A DNA stretch of 64,000 nucleotides, from IMG/VR virus record IMGVR_UViG_3300028908_000001, positions 1 to 64,000 of that record; one strand, written 5' to 3'. Under the pieces are notes generated by a model that worked only from the letters and a program-made list of their open reading frames with translations, did no database searches and was not told where the DNA came from. Both the position numbers and the translations under genes were made by a program. Below, in pieces: positions 63,085 to 64,000 of this stretch (position 1 is its first letter; the number at the start of each line of letters is the position of its first letter). Source of the stretch: a virus (lineage: Duplodnaviria; Heunggongvirae; Uroviricota; Caudoviricetes).

Positions 63085-64000
63085 GCGTGCACGCTTGTGG
63101 AATGAAACTATACTATATGATGAGCCGGCCCCGCCGTATAGTGTACAGGCCGAAGCTGTTACATTTACCGAGTTCCCCAAGAACTTTTGGAAACGCAGCC
63201 GCGGCAAGGCACGCAGCTCGGAGGCCAAGGTTGATTGGATAGATGTCACCAACATCTTCCCGCACATGCCGGGCAGCATCCAATCCGAGGACGGAAAGGT
63301 ATTGGTGCCGTCTGTTATTTATGTGCCACAAGTGGGTTGTCTCATAGCGAACCCCATACCGGATGGGCGTTACCAGATAGATTTGGATTATTTTACACCC
63401 TTTGGAGAACACACAGATGCGTGGATTGACGAAGCGCCAGCAGCCACGGGCGCACAGGAACGCATGTTATATATGACCAACGGCGAAGAATTGGCCGCGG
63501 GCCAGTGGACTGGCATTGAAAGTAATTTCCACCTACCGAGCAACTCCCATTTTGCATTCATGTTATGGATGTCTCGCCCGCCACGCGAGGAAAGCAGCGG
63601 CCAACCCACACGCAAAAAGTTTCAGGGGGTTGTCGTCCGCTTTGCTTATGATGCGCAATCCGAAATACGCTTGTGGTTCCCTATTGAGGGAGATATGGTG
63701 GTGTATTACCGCCATAATGAACTGACTGGAGGGCAATGGGTTGCAGCACAGACAGGGACGGCAGCGGCCCGCTTCGGACAACGTAGTTCCAGCCTCGATA
63801 CAGAAAAGGCCCGCGGCAGTGTCTTGGGCACCGTGAAGATGATACAGGTAGCGTTCTTGGGTCTGGGGCTTGCTATTACATCAGACTATTGGCAATCGTG
63901 TGTCGTTGTGAATTTGCCGTTGCAATCGGCCGAGTCTCAACCACCATACTATTGGGGCATTCCTTGGCAGGCACCCTCTTCTCCGATACAATTCATGGGC
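63077..64000 (+). CDS. tail protein, 3' partial (runs off window)
   Basis: ATG at 63077, open for more than 300 codons to the window end. Confidence 0.6.
   Translation, partial: MAKRARLWNETILYDEPAPPYSVQAEAVTFTEFPKNFWKRSRGKARSSEAKVDWIDVTNIFPHMPGSIQSEDGKVLVPSVIYVPQVGCLIANPIPDGRYQIDLDYFTPFGEHTDAWIDEAPAATGAQERMLYMTNGEELAAGQWTGIESNFHLPSNSHFAFMLWMSRPPREESSGQPTRKKFQGVVVRFAYDAQSEIRLWFPIEGDMVVYYRHNELTGGQWVAAQTGTAAARFGQRSSSLDTEKARGSVLGTVKMIQVAFLGLGLAITSDYWQSCVVVNLPLQSAESQPPYYWGIPWQAPSSPIQFMG

Noticed and set aside
1-64000. tRNA, rRNA and CRISPR arrays
   Set aside because: No cloverleaf-like conserved segments (GTTC...A/TGGTA-type) and no spaced identical direct repeats of CRISPR type were seen. The repeats found are 2-5 copies of regulatory elements.

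Overview
This 64 kb window reads as a near-complete temperate phage of siphovirus type, about 58-60% GC, organised around one non-coding hub at roughly 23.6-24.8 kb. Left of the hub, about 35 genes run on the minus strand. They include three DNA methyltransferases (two beta-class amino-MTases and one Dam-like), an SPFH/band-7 protein, an HldE-domain-II-like heptose-1-phosphate adenylyltransferase, an SF2 DEAH helicase, a tyrosine integrase, an XRE-type HTH regulator, a ComM/Mg-chelatase-like AAA+ ATPase and a 761-aa HTH-containing putative replication protein. Right of the hub everything is on the plus strand. It starts with a radical-SAM/SPASM enzyme preceded by two tandem paralogous small Cys/Trp-containing peptides. 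A block of morons follows: a calcineurin-like phosphoesterase, an HExxH protein, an NDT/DUF4406-like protein and a LamG-like protein. Then comes the virion module: TerS/TerL, portal, a prohead protease-scaffold fusion, an HK97-like major capsid protein, a Ser/Thr-tailed head protein immediately followed by a GT9 heptosyltransferase-like glycosyltransferase, neck proteins, major tail protein, chaperones, a 1197-aa tape-measure protein, an 11-TM GT-C-like membrane protein and large tail proteins. The hub shows an extreme mirrored strand-composition switch: G-depleted on the plus strand to its left and C-depleted to its right, with telomere-like CCCTAA/G-run motifs and TATCGGCA iterons. I found no tRNA, rRNA or CRISPR array. 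Several families of repeated regulatory elements are visible: a promoter family TTGATA-N17-TAATTA with a GGGGAATAATT core in four copies, two families of structured intergenic repeats, and an over-represented 12-mer GCGGCGGCTATC. All functional calls come from motifs read directly in the six-frame translations; no database search was possible.
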